From: an uncultured Planctomycetaceae bacterium
Lineage (GTDB): Bacteria > Planctomycetota > Planctomycetia > Planctomycetales > Planctomycetaceae
NCBI GenBank assembly: GCA_964450955.1
Contig: CAYVFI010000032.1
Location: forward strand, 8,491-72,490
Length of the DNA stretch: 64,000 bases
Reading direction: 5' to 3'
A program made the position numbers and the translations under genes. Below the pieces are notes generated by a model. That model was not told where the DNA came from. It did not search any database and saw only the letters and a program-made list of their open reading frames with translations. Shown here one piece after another: positions 42,551 to 52,217 of the stretch (positions are counted from its first letter, which is position 1; each line of letters opens with the position of its first letter).

Positions 42551-43031
42551 GGTCTTGTCCTTCAAGTGTGTACTGGACAACTTGATCAAGTCCGTCATCA
42601 TCAAAGATCCAACGAATACTGCCGCGTTCGGCCCACCAATTTTCCGTTTTCTGTGGCAGTGCGGCTTCTTTGAGTCGGCGAGTACACCACGCTTTCAGAT
42701 CAGCTCGAACTTTTTTTGGTGGAGTCTCGAACGCTCCCACGACTGCATGCATGTGGTTGGTCCGACAATTGACGGCGTGGCAAATCCACTTCCGATGATC
42801 GCAAGTTTCGCGAATCTGGGTTTCGACAATTTGACGTTGTTTATGGCTGAGAATCCTGGCTTCTTCACGCATCTTTGCCGCAGCCTCCAGTTCACGCACG
42901 GGATCCGGTAGCTGCCAACCCTTCTGATATTCGACCCATCCACGCTGATCGCCCGGCAGCCAGGTTCCGTAAGTCGCGATGGTGATAAAGAAGGCAATTG
43001 GATCGTTCATCAGGTAACTCCTTCGGAGCAA
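42534..43031 (-). mobile_element. REP-associated tyrosine transposase (RAYT; HuH-Y1, IS200/IS605 TnpA-like)
   Basis: 165 aa ORF with the HuH motif NHMHAVV. The C-terminal block WAERGSIRWIFDDDGLDQVVQYTLEGQ matches the RAYT consensus W-x-R-x-x-S...L...Y-x3-N/Q, including the catalytic Tyr. It is flanked on both sides by REP-like repeats. Confidence 0.7.
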
Positions 43032-43094
43032 GTGGTCCTAACACTGGAAACCCGAATCGTCAGCGAGGGGCGCACGGGATGCCATCCAGTATAT

Positions 43095-43235
43095 CCTCGC
43101 TTACGCTTCGGGTTTCTGTTTGCTGTCGTCCTCGCTTACGCTTCGGGTTTTCATTGTTGGGTGTCGCTTACGCTTCGGGTTTTTATTGCTGTGGTCTCGG
43201 TTGCTTTTTGGCTTGGTAACCCGACGCGTTAGCGA
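43095..43235. repeat. Cluster of REP-like palindromic repeats (right flank of the RAYT gene)
   Basis: Three copies of (C)CTCGCTTACGCTTCGGGTT followed by the inverted GGTAACCCGACGCGTTAGCGAGG. Confidence 0.8.
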
Positions 43236-43364
43236 GGTTCCTTTTGCTTCTGAAGCGTCCGCCATCGTAGTCTCGCATTTTTCCGATCAGGTGCATCATC
43301 AAACGAAAAAAGCCCTTGTGAGATGAAGTGACATAGGCGTGCACTTCAACGCACAAGGGCTTAA

Positions 43365-43458
43365 CGGGAATGGATGGGAATCGAACCCACCTGGCGACTT
43401 TTCAGCCGCCACAACGGATTTGAAATCCGCGGCAGTCACCAGATCTGCGAACACTCCC
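43365..43458 (-). tRNA. selC: Candidate selenocysteine tRNA (anticodon UCA)
   Basis: The minus-strand sequence is GGGAGTG-TTC-GCAG-ATCTGGTGA-CTGC-C-GCGGA-TTTCAAA-TCCGT-TGT-GGCGGC-TGAAAA-GTCGCC-AG-GGTGGG-TTCGATT-CCCATC-CATTCCC-G. The acceptor stem is 7 bp and the T stem 6 bp, giving a 13 bp coaxial acceptor/T domain. The anticodon loop is UUUCAAA, with U33, anticodon UCA and A37. The variable arm is long (6 bp stem, 6 nt loop). The T-loop is TTCGATT, the discriminator is G73, and CCA is not encoded. The D-arm fold is ambiguous by eye. Confidence 0.65.
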
Positions 43459-43894
43459 CCGGTGATCCTTCGATGATACCGTCGAAGCAACGGCATTCAA
43501 CCACGGGTCCGGTCTTTGTACGACTCGCCACTGATTGGGTTCTATTCGGCTGTTTGAACCCTGGAACGACTTTGCGAACGATGTCGGTACTCAATCATCG
43601 TGACAAGCCAGATGGGATCGGCGGCGACCTTCACCACAGTGCGGGCCCGGATGCGGGGCGGAATTGGGCGAAATGGTTCTGTGGGACGCACTGACGGTTA
43701 GCGGCAATTCCTGCCGTTTAGTGTTTTCAGGTGTACGTTCCTGCTCACCCGAAGCTTGGCGCACAAGACAAGCGCTTAGCTGTTTCGTTGCTAACACTTC
43801 AAAACGGGGCACTCGCCGATCTCGCTGAGCGGGTGTGTCGATACAAGCAGGAAGCTGTCTTTGCTCCTGAGGCTGTCAATTACGGAAGACTGCA

Positions 43895-45682
43895 ATGAGA
43901 TGCCGCGTCCTGGGTTGTGCCGCCTGCATGTTGGTTGTCGTCAGTCTGGTAGGTTCGCCGACGTTCGCGGGTACATTTCCGATTAACGGTCCCGAGGACG
44001 CAGTTCGAATCAGGACCCGTGTTCGGGCGGCTCAATTCCTGACGCATGCCACTTACGGTCCGAAGTACGATGAGATTCTGAGCCTGGCGAAACGGATGGA
44101 GCAGATTGGTGTCCGACCGGCTTGCGAGGAATGGATTGATCGGCAGTTTAAACTTCCGATCACGAAGCATCAGTCGATGGTTTATGCGATGTTGGAGGCA
44201 GACAATATCGACCCGCTGGAGTACCGCCAGGATGGTAAGCGGTTCCGTCAGCATGCGTGGTGGACTGCGGCTCTGTCAGCAGAAGATCAGCTTCGCCAAC
44301 GAATGGCGTTTGCTCTGATGCAGTTCTTTGTTGTTGGTGACAGCGGCCAGAGCTTCAATAACCACCGCATAGACAGCAGTGGCAACGTGCGATTCACCGG
44401 AATCGTAAACTACTACGACATGCTGTTGGAGAACTCGTTCGGCTTCTATCGAGAGACGCTGGAAGACGTTACGTACCACCCCATCATGGGCGTCTGGCTA
44501 AGCCACCTGGGCAACCGCAAGCCAGATACTTCGATCGACCGTTTTCCTGATGAGAATTTCGCTCGAGAGATCATGCAGTTGTTTTCAATCGGATTGCATC
44601 AGCTAAACCAGGATGGGACACCAAAACTGGATGACGCAGGCCGCCTGATTCCCACCTACGACAACGAGACCGTCAGGGCCTACGCACGAGTCTTTACAGG
44701 ATTCGTGTACGCTAGAGGCACCGGTCTTGATCGAGCGAAAAATCTGCACGAACGAATGCAGCTGCTTGAGAGTGAACACGACACCGCAAGGAAAGTTGTT
44801 CTGGACCGAGTGATTCCCGCCGGCCAGTCAGCCAGCGACGACATTCGCATGGCTCTTAACAGCATCAACAAGCACCCCAATGTTGGCCCGTTTCTGGCTC
44901 GACACCTGATTCAGCGGTTCGTGCAGTCAAACCCTGCGCCGGCGTATGTCAGGCGGGTTGCGAATGTCTTCAATAACAACGGCAACGGCCGCCGCGGTGA
45001 TTTTAAAGCCGTACTCAAGGCCGTCCTGTTGGATAACGAGGCATTCAGCGGAGTCCGAATTTCGATTCGCGAGGATGAGGTTCGCGTGCGATCTACCGAT
45101 GGCGAAAGTAGTCGGCTACGCGAACCTATTCTTCGTTATGCGGCATTCCTGCGAGCGTTTGATGCGAAGTCGGACCACTTGACCGGCCGATTCATGATTC
45201 CTGACATGTACCCGATTTGGGATCAGGCGAACTACAAATCGCCAACCGTCTTTAACTTCTTCTCATCAGGTTTTCGTCCGCCCGGGATCCTGATGGACTA
45301 CCGGCCAGAGAAGGTCCTGCCACATGATGTGCTGGTTGCTCCTGAGTTTCAGATCCTGACGACTCGGACGGCCAACCAGATAGCGAATCAGCTTCGAGAC
45401 GACGTGATGGATGCAAGCGCCGACTTTAAGTTGGGCAGCGTTCCGAATGGTCGCTCTTTTAGCACGAGTGTTGCTTTGGATTTCAGCAGGGTGCGAAACA
45501 TGACGGGGCCATCTCGCATCGTGCAGCGTCTGGATCTCATGCTATGTCACGGGACCTTAAGCGATGAGACGCAGAAGGTAATCCGGAACGCGATCGCAGA
45601 GGAAACCGACGACCATGAAGAACGCATCCGTGCCGCGATTCTTTGCGTGCTGACTTCGCCGGACTGCATCATCAGCGAATAG
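43895..45682 (+). CDS. DUF1800 domain protein, secreted
   Basis: 595 aa ORF with a signal peptide. It is followed 65 nt downstream by a DUF1501 gene, the canonical DUF1800/DUF1501 pair. Confidence 0.8.
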   Translation: MRCRVLGCAACMLVVVSLVGSPTFAGTFPINGPEDAVRIRTRVRAAQFLTHATYGPKYDEILSLAKRMEQIGVRPACEEWIDRQFKLPITKHQSMVYAMLEADNIDPLEYRQDGKRFRQHAWWTAALSAEDQLRQRMAFALMQFFVVGDSGQSFNNHRIDSSGNVRFTGIVNYYDMLLENSFGFYRETLEDVTYHPIMGVWLSHLGNRKPDTSIDRFPDENFAREIMQLFSIGLHQLNQDGTPKLDDAGRLIPTYDNETVRAYARVFTGFVYARGTGLDRAKNLHERMQLLESEHDTARKVVLDRVIPAGQSASDDIRMALNSINKHPNVGPFLARHLIQRFVQSNPAPAYVRRVANVFNNNGNGRRGDFKAVLKAVLLDNEAFSGVRISIREDEVRVRSTDGESSRLREPILRYAAFLRAFDAKSDHLTGRFMIPDMYPIWDQANYKSPTVFNFFSSGFRPPGILMDYRPEKVLPHDVLVAPEFQILTTRTANQIANQLRDDVMDASADFKLGSVPNGRSFSTSVALDFSRVRNMTGPSRIVQRLDLMLCHGTLSDETQKVIRNAIAEETDDHEERIRAAILCVLTSPDCIISE

Positions 45683-45747
45683 TCGGGGCGCACCAGACAT
45701 CGTCAGGCCGGCTCTTAAGTTGACCACTCATATCCACGGACGGAACT

Positions 45748-47148
45748 ATGTACCCTCTCAATTTGGCTCAGGCCCTCAGTCGTCGGAACGTGCTTAAGCT
45801 TGCAGGTGGTTGTGCAGCCATGACGGCCGGTTCGGTTTTGTCGACGATCACAGGCCTAAGCCTTACCAGGTCCGCATGGGCGGCCGCTCCGACGTCGGTT
45901 GAGGACGATTACAAGGCACTGGTTTGTATCTACCTGTTTGGTGGGAACGATTCTTTCAACATGTTGGTACCGCGAGAAGCGGAGGAATACCAGGATTACT
46001 CTGAGGCTCGCCAGCAGATGGCTCTGGCCTCAAAAGACTTGTTGCCGATCAGCGACCAGAGCGGCCGGGCGTTTGGGCTGCATCCGGCCATGACCGACCT
46101 GAAGAAGATCTACAACGACGGTGATCTTGCTTTCGTTTCCAACGTAGGTGCTCTTGTACGCCCGACAACACTGGCTGACTATCGCCGCAATCTGGCGTTG
46201 CCGGTTGGGTTGTTCTCACACCCCGACCAGTCGCGCCACTGGCAGACGTCAATTCCTGAGTCGCGTACAGGTGTGACGGGCTGGGCGGGACGGATGGCGG
46301 ACATTTTGAATGATTCGACGAATGACAATCCGCACATTGCGATGAACATTGCAATCGATTCTGTGAACCTGTTTCAGACAGGACGCGAAGTCGTCCCTTA
46401 TGTCGTCAAAGCAAAAAAGCTGGCCGGATACCGAAAGACAGCCCGCGCGATGGATCGAATCTATACGCGGGCGACCGACGAGATGCTGGATCGTCGATAC
46501 TCAAATGTTATGGAGCAGGCTTTTGCAACGGTGAAACGCGGCTCTGTCGATGCTGCGATTAGTTACGCCAAAGCGATTAACGGTGTTTCCTCTGACATTC
46601 CGTTTCCCAACACGCAGCTTGGCAATCAGCTTGAACTTATCGCTCGAACCATCACAGCGCGAGAAACACTGGGTCAGAAGAGACAGGTATACTTTGCGCT
46701 GGTTGGTGGCTGGGACTTCCACGACGAAGTTCTCAATGCCCAACGCGACCTGCTGAAACAGGTGAACGATGCATTTGCTGCGTTCAATTCGGCGATGAAA
46801 GGAATGGGCATCCATGACAAAGTCACGACATTCACCGCGTCGGACTTCGGACGCACGCTAAGTTCAAATGGAAACGGAACCGACCATGCCTGGGGCGGCA
46901 ATCAAATGATTATGGGTGGTGGAGTGCAGGGGGGTGTGTTCGGTCAGTACCCCGGTTCGCTAAGAGACGACAAGTTGAACATTGGACGCGGGCGTCTTCT
47001 GCCGACTACGTCAGTGGATGAGTTTAACGCAGAGCTTGCAATGTGGTTTGGGATCGACAACGGCAACAGCCTTGAAGCGATCCTGCCCAACATTCGCCGC
47101 TTCTACAACGCAGGTTTGACAAGAGGTCCGCTTGGCTTCATGGGATAG
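45748..47148 (+). CDS. DUF1501 domain protein with a TAT signal
   Basis: 466 aa ORF. The N-terminus is MYPLNLAQALSRRNVLKLAGGCAAMTAGSV. Conserved DUF1501 C-terminal blocks are present (DHAWGGNQMIMGGGVQGG). Confidence 0.85.
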   Translation: MYPLNLAQALSRRNVLKLAGGCAAMTAGSVLSTITGLSLTRSAWAAAPTSVEDDYKALVCIYLFGGNDSFNMLVPREAEEYQDYSEARQQMALASKDLLPISDQSGRAFGLHPAMTDLKKIYNDGDLAFVSNVGALVRPTTLADYRRNLALPVGLFSHPDQSRHWQTSIPESRTGVTGWAGRMADILNDSTNDNPHIAMNIAIDSVNLFQTGREVVPYVVKAKKLAGYRKTARAMDRIYTRATDEMLDRRYSNVMEQAFATVKRGSVDAAISYAKAINGVSSDIPFPNTQLGNQLELIARTITARETLGQKRQVYFALVGGWDFHDEVLNAQRDLLKQVNDAFAAFNSAMKGMGIHDKVTTFTASDFGRTLSSNGNGTDHAWGGNQMIMGGGVQGGVFGQYPGSLRDDKLNIGRGRLLPTTSVDEFNAELAMWFGIDNGNSLEAILPNIRRFYNAGLTRGPLGFMG

Positions 47149-47565
47149 AACCGTGGTCGTAACTCGCAATGACTGCGAACAGTCCTTGCTGTTCTCTTCG
47201 CCGCGTCGATTGTGTCACTCCAACACCACGTGCGGTGCAGTTGTTTGACTGCTATCTGAAGCTTCGCCGCGAATGTAAAACGGCGAAGGCTGTTCTTTCC
47301 TGTCGGCACGCTCTTTGCATTGCTCTGCCTCAGCAAACTTTTCGCGGTTTGACGGAGAGAACACGGGTGTCGAATCTTATCCCATACCAGGATCTGCTGG
47401 CCCTTTCTGTGTGACGACCAGCGTACCAGAATCGGGCAAAAGGTCACATGGCTCGCTGTCGCTGGAATTGGTGGGCGTTCCCAGCGAGAATCATCGGCAG
47501 CAATACTGCGTATTATCCGGCTCCGCGACATCGGTGGCCCCGGTCTTCACACAGAGGAATACATC

Positions 47566-48705
47566 ATGAGAGAACTCAACATCGGCGTCGTGGGCTACGG
47601 CTTTATGGGTCGGACACACTCCAACGGCTACAAACGCGTTAATGACTTTTTCGATCCGGGTATTCGGCCGGTTCTGAAAGCCATCTGTGGTCGGAACGAA
47701 GAGAACGCGAAGGCGTTCGCTGAGAAGTGGCAGTACGAGTCGTACGAGACCGATTGGAAGAAGCTAATCGAACGCGATGACATCGACGCGATTGATATCT
47801 GCACGCCCAACAATACGCATGCCGAAATTGCCATCGCTGCAGCTAAGGCTGGCAAGATGGTTCTTTGTGAGAAGCCGCTGTCGATGACGGTCGCTGAAGG
47901 CGAAGAGATGTGCGACGTCATCGATAAAGCGGGCGTTGCCAACACCGTTTGGTACAACTACCGTCGCGTTCCGGCTGTGACCATGGCCAAGCAGCTAATT
48001 GATGAAGGTCGGTTGGGTCGAGTCTTCCATTACCGAGCGAACTTCCTGCAGGACTGGACCATTGCAGAAGACGTGCCGCAGGGTGGGGCCGCGTTGTGGC
48101 GACTGGATGCGGCGGCAGCCGGTTCAGGTGTGACGGGTGACCTGTTGGCTCACTGTATTGACACTGCACTTTGGCTGAATGGCAACATCACGACGGTGAG
48201 TGCGATGACAGAAACGTTTGTCAAAGAACGCATGCACGCCGAAACTGGAAAGGTGCAGAAGGTCAGCATTGACGACGCGTGTGCGTTCCTGTGCCGGTTT
48301 GGTAACGGTTCCATGGGGCTGTTTGAATCGACTCGCTACGCCCGTGGTCACAAGGCGCTTTACACGTTTGAAGTGAACGGTGAGAACGCGTCTATCAAGT
48401 GGGATCTGCACGATCTGCATCGCCTGGACTACTTCGACCACAGCGACGAAGGCAAGCTGCGAGGCTGGCGTTCGATTCATGTGACTGACCACGACGGCGA
48501 ACAGCCTTACATGGATAAGTGGTGGGTTCCCGGCCTGCAGATTGGCTACGAACACACTTTCGTGCACCAGGTGGCGGACTTCCTGCAGGCGGTAAACGAT
48601 GGGACTCCGTGTCCTCCAACTTTCCGGGACGCTTTGGAGACTCAAAAGGTGTGCGAGTCGGTTCTGGCGAGTGCGAAAGATGGCACGTGGCAGCAGATCA
48701 GCTGA
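47566..48705 (+). CDS. Gfo/Idh/MocA family NAD(P)-dependent oxidoreductase
   Basis: 379 aa ORF with an N-terminal Rossmann motif ([22 protein letters not shown]) and family-typical blocks ([14 protein letters not shown]). Confidence 0.85.
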   Translation: MRELNIGVVGYGFMGRTHSNGYKRVNDFFDPGIRPVLKAICGRNEENAKAFAEKWQYESYETDWKKLIERDDIDAIDICTPNNTHAEIAIAAAKAGKMVLCEKPLSMTVAEGEEMCDVIDKAGVANTVWYNYRRVPAVTMAKQLIDEGRLGRVFHYRANFLQDWTIAEDVPQGGAALWRLDAAAAGSGVTGDLLAHCIDTALWLNGNITTVSAMTETFVKERMHAETGKVQKVSIDDACAFLCRFGNGSMGLFESTRYARGHKALYTFEVNGENASIKWDLHDLHRLDYFDHSDEGKLRGWRSIHVTDHDGEQPYMDKWWVPGLQIGYEHTFVHQVADFLQAVNDGTPCPPTFRDALETQKVCESVLASAKDGTWQQIS

Positions 48706-48837
48706 TTCTGGCGTCAGAAAAGCGCGGTCTGGGGGTGGCTTAAGCAGTCGCCCGCAGGTCGGGCTTTGTTATAATCGGGATAGGTCGGAGCAGTCATTTC
48801 GCTCCGGCCTTTCTGTTTGGCTTGAAGGAAAAGAATA

Positions 48838-49323
48838 ATGGAACGCCAACCAATCTCTCGCGCTGGCTACGAAAAGAAGAAAGAAGAGATCCGGGTACTG
48901 GAAGAAGAAGTGCTGCCCGAGATCACTGAGAGGATCAAAGAGGCACGCGAAGAGGGCGACCTGAAGGAGAATGCCGAGTATCACGCTCAGCGTGAACAGC
49001 AGGGTATGGTTGCTGCAAAAGTCGCTCAGTTGAAAACGCTGCTCAATGGTTGCCAGATCGTTGACCGAGCCAACATGCCCAAGGGCGTTGTCACATTCGG
49101 AAGTCTCATCACCGTCAAAGACCTCTCTGACGGAATGGAAGAGCAGTACGAACTGGTCGGTCCGGGAGAAGAAGACTACGACGGCGAAATTATGAAAATT
49201 CTGACCAGCAGCCCGATCGCTCAGTCGATGATGGGCAAGAAGGTTGGCGATGTTGTCGAAGCTGACATTCCGGCAGGGAAGCTGAAGCTTGAGATCGCGG
49301 CGATTGAAGAACCACCTGAATAA
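48838..49323 (+). CDS. greA: Transcription elongation factor GreA
   Basis: 161 aa ORF with full-length GreA similarity (coiled-coil N-terminus ...[19 protein letters not shown]..., FKBP-like C-terminus). Confidence 0.9.
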   Translation: MERQPISRAGYEKKKEEIRVLEEEVLPEITERIKEAREEGDLKENAEYHAQREQQGMVAAKVAQLKTLLNGCQIVDRANMPKGVVTFGSLITVKDLSDGMEEQYELVGPGEEDYDGEIMKILTSSPIAQSMMGKKVGDVVEADIPAGKLKLEIAAIEEPPE

Positions 49324-49370
49324 TCACCAGGCGACAGTTGGTTCACTTCGATGCTTTGGAGTGATTGAAC

Positions 49371-49415
49371 AAAAAAAAGGCGAGCAACCAATTGGTTGCT
49401 CGCCTTTCTTGTCTT
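49371..49415. terminator. Bidirectional Rho-independent terminator between greA (+) and a convergent minus-strand ORF
   Basis: An AAAAAAAA run is followed by GGCGAGCAACC-AATT-GGTTGCTCGCC and then TTTCTTG. This is an 11 bp perfect stem with an A-run on one side and a T-run on the other. Confidence 0.6.
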
Positions 49416-49438
49416 TCAGTTTTTGGCAGTCCAACAGC

Positions 49439-49828
49439 TTAGCTGATCGCTGCTGCCTTGGCAGGCTCTTCAGCACCGAGGCCACCAAACAGTAAGGCAC
49501 CAATGCTACCAGGACCGTGGTCGTAGCAGTCATCGTTGTGCCAAAGTGGCAATCCAGCAGCATATCGAGCTGCAAGCATGGTCACCTTTTCTTCTGAGCC
49601 AGGCTTTGCACCCGTTGGCTCAGAAGGGTTGACTCCAAGTGATCGGATCTCTTCTTCGAACTGTTCTCCAAGATCGTCACAGTAAGCAGAAATATCAAAG
49701 CCAGGCATGGCTTCAGTGGTTGTGGTTTGCGATACCGACATAACGACGCAACTCTCCCATTTTATCATCGTTAACAGCAAGAGTGGTGCGTACAACCGGT
49801 GCAGAAAATTGGTCGTGTTCAACGACAA
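49439..49828 (-). CDS. Hypothetical small protein (start uncertain; internal Met candidates exist)
   Basis: 129 aa ORF ending at the bidirectional terminator. No motifs recognised. Confidence 0.3.
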   Translation of the reverse strand: MSLNTTNFLHRLYAPLLLLTMIKWESCVVMSVSQTTTTEAMPGFDISAYCDDLGEQFEEEIRSLGVNPSEPTGAKPGSEEKVTMLAARYAAGLPLWHNDDCYDHGPGSIGALLFGGLGAEEPAKAAAIS

Positions 49829-50069
49829 AGACGAGTCCCAGTAGATCGGAGGTCGTGGGACGTTCGAGTCTGGAAGCCTGCAACAACTTAACGGAAGTAC
49901 GACAGCACGGACGAATTGATTCTTGAGGGGAGGGTGCGAAATGTCAACAAAAAAACCTTCAGACGAATCGGAATCTCGCCCGCCGGAACGGCAGTCTCAA
50001 GCCGTCATGATGAATCTGCCAAATCACTTTCGAAAAAGACTCAGCCCTCACAGGTACGCCTTTCCAAAC

Positions 50070-52052
50070 TTAGCTGCCTGGGCGACTTACCTGGTAGCGT
50101 TTCAGTTTCCGGTCCAGGGTCGATCGCTCAATCCCCAGCAACTGAGACGCCTTGGACTTGTTCCAATCGGTATGGTCCAGCGTGGCCAGAATATGTTGAC
50201 GTTCAAGATCAGCGATCGCTGACGGAGTCCATGCCTGGCCTCCTGTCTGCGGCTGCAAGGGTTCAGGTTTTCGGTTCAGACGACTTAGCTGGATATCTGA
50301 CGCGCAGACCAGTTCACCGCCGCACAGGATGACTGTACGTTCAATTGTATTTTGCAGTTCTCTGACATTTCCGGGCCATGAATAATCCAGCATCAACTGC
50401 ATGGCGTCTTTGGTGAATCCATTAATTGGCCGACCCGTTTTCTGTACAAATTTCTTGAGGAAGAACTCAGCCAGCAGAGGAATGTCGCCGTCTCGATCTT
50501 TTAACGATTGAACGCGAATTTCTGCGACATTCAGCCGGAAATACAAGTCGCTGCGGAACTCGCCTTCTTCAACGGCTTCTTCGAGATCTCGGTTGGTGGC
50601 GGCCACGACACGCACATCAACCTGAACGGGCTTCCGCCCGCCCACCCGTTCAAACGGATGTCCTTCCAGCACCCGCAGGAACTTCGCCTGGATCGCCGGA
50701 GCCATTTCGCCAATTTCGTCAAGAAACAGCGTTCCCTTATGAGCTTGTTCGAATCGGCCCGCGGTCTTTTCTGTCGCGCCGGTAAACGCGCCTTTTTCGT
50801 GCCCGAATAGTTCGCTCTCAAGCAGACTTTCGTTCAAAGCTGCGCAGTTCATGCAGACAAAAGGTCCGGCGCTGCGGCTGCCGTGAATGTGTATGGATCG
50901 AGCGACCAGTTCTTTACCGGTGCCGCTTTCTCCGCGAATCAGGACCGTCGCTTCGGTGGGAGCCAGCAGTCCGATTTGCTTTCGCAGATCTTCAACCGCC
51001 GGACTTTGGCCGATGATTTCGCTTGCGATTTCCAGTTGGTCAATCAGATTTTTCTTCTGAACCTCAGCTTGCGCCAGTCCGCTGGCCAGTGACTCGCGTT
51101 CTTTTAACTGATCGACGGCTGTTGCCATCTGGTCAGCGACGGCGATGGTGAAGTTGAGTTCGTTCTCATCCAGCGGGTTATCCGGATTGGCTGAGTACAG
51201 ATGGACCAGTCCATGGAATCGATCGCCACACCGAATCGGAGCGCAGATGACGCTCATGGCTTTGAGTTCACCGAGGCTGTCGAACACGGCAAGTTCAGTA
51301 TCTTCTGAGACATCGCGAGCCAGAATGGCTTCTCGATCTCTGACCACAATGTCGGACAGGCTGGCTGAGAGCCTGTGGTAAGGCTGGTCGTCTCGCGAGT
51401 AGTACGCGGCCACTTTCAGATGCTTCGAATGTGGCGCAAGCTCTTTGCCTTCTTTCATCAGAAGTATTGCGGCAATGTCGGCAACGGTTTCGTCAGCCAG
51501 ACTGGTGAGCACAACATCGGCGAGTGCCTGCCGTGACTTTGCCGCGCCAAGTTGAAGACCCAGTTTGTAAAGCTTCGCAAGTTCCGCCCCGCCGGCAGAC
51601 TGGAAGCTCGCGTGATCCTGACGCGAAAGAATTGCTGGTTCTGCATCCAGTTGCCCCGCGCGTGTGTCTGTGTCTTCGTCAACTGGTGGCGATTCGGGTA
51701 GTTCCGTCGGGTCGTCGGTGAACGCCAGCTGAGTTCCGCCTATTTCAATAATCTGGCCTGGTTCCAGAGGCCAGTCGCCTTCGACTTCTTCCCCGCCAAT
51801 CGTCGTTCCGTTTCGGCTGTCCAGATCGCGCAAGAACCACTGATTGTTGGCCTTGAAAATTTCGCAGTGGTTACGACTGCAAATATCATCGCGCAGAACC
51901 ACCTTGTTTGCCGGCGCGCGGCCGATGGTGGTGACCTGATTAGGGGCCAGCCGAACCATGTCGTGCCAGCCACGTCCGTCCCAGCCCAGCAAATAGCCCC
52001 ACTCGACGGCAGAACCGGTTGTGGTTGAAGTTTCGTCCATTGCAATCCGCAC
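50070..52052 (-). CDS. Sigma-54-dependent transcriptional activator with N-terminal FHA and GAF domains and a C-terminal Fis-type HTH
   Basis: 660 aa ORF. The FHA domain is recognisable ([25 protein letters not shown]...[11 protein letters not shown]). The AAA+ sigma-54 interaction domain has [15 protein letters not shown] and GAFTGA. The C-terminal HTH is [17 protein letters not shown]. Confidence 0.85.
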   Translation of the reverse strand: MRIAMDETSTTTGSAVEWGYLLGWDGRGWHDMVRLAPNQVTTIGRAPANKVVLRDDICSRNHCEIFKANNQWFLRDLDSRNGTTIGGEEVEGDWPLEPGQIIEIGGTQLAFTDDPTELPESPPVDEDTDTRAGQLDAEPAILSRQDHASFQSAGGAELAKLYKLGLQLGAAKSRQALADVVLTSLADETVADIAAILLMKEGKELAPHSKHLKVAAYYSRDDQPYHRLSASLSDIVVRDREAILARDVSEDTELAVFDSLGELKAMSVICAPIRCGDRFHGLVHLYSANPDNPLDENELNFTIAVADQMATAVDQLKERESLASGLAQAEVQKKNLIDQLEIASEIIGQSPAVEDLRKQIGLLAPTEATVLIRGESGTGKELVARSIHIHGSRSAGPFVCMNCAALNESLLESELFGHEKGAFTGATEKTAGRFEQAHKGTLFLDEIGEMAPAIQAKFLRVLEGHPFERVGGRKPVQVDVRVVAATNRDLEEAVEEGEFRSDLYFRLNVAEIRVQSLKDRDGDIPLLAEFFLKKFVQKTGRPINGFTKDAMQLMLDYSWPGNVRELQNTIERTVILCGGELVCASDIQLSRLNRKPEPLQPQTGGQAWTPSAIADLERQHILATLDHTDWNKSKASQLLGIERSTLDRKLKRYQVSRPGS

Positions 52053-52217
52053 CCAGGGGAAAAGAACCTGTCAGCTTAGACGAGACAACAGACCGTTCAA
52101 AGGGTCCGCGCTTGATAGATCGGCCGCGCTACCGAATTGTGGTGAAAGCCGCATCTTGCACTCGTCGGAGACATGAGTATTCTAGGTGTACAGGTTTAGT
52201 CACAGATAGGATCTCGC

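Noticed and set aside
42227-43326. ORFs 42227..42673, 42235..42585, 42998..43219, 43032..43232 and 43120..43326 encoding repeated LTLRVFIV / RLRFGF peptides
   Set aside because: These are generated by the tandem or inverted REP-like repeats; the periodic peptides mirror the DNA repeat. Not protein-coding.
43365-43458. Initial reading of the tRNA as tRNA-Leu(CAA) or a class II Ser tRNA
   Set aside because: Only the 5 bp stem GCGGA/TCCGT gives a 7 nt anticodon loop (UUUCAAA), which places UCA at positions 34-36. The alternative stem gives a 5 nt loop. Serine tRNAs would carry UGA, GCU, CGA or GGA.
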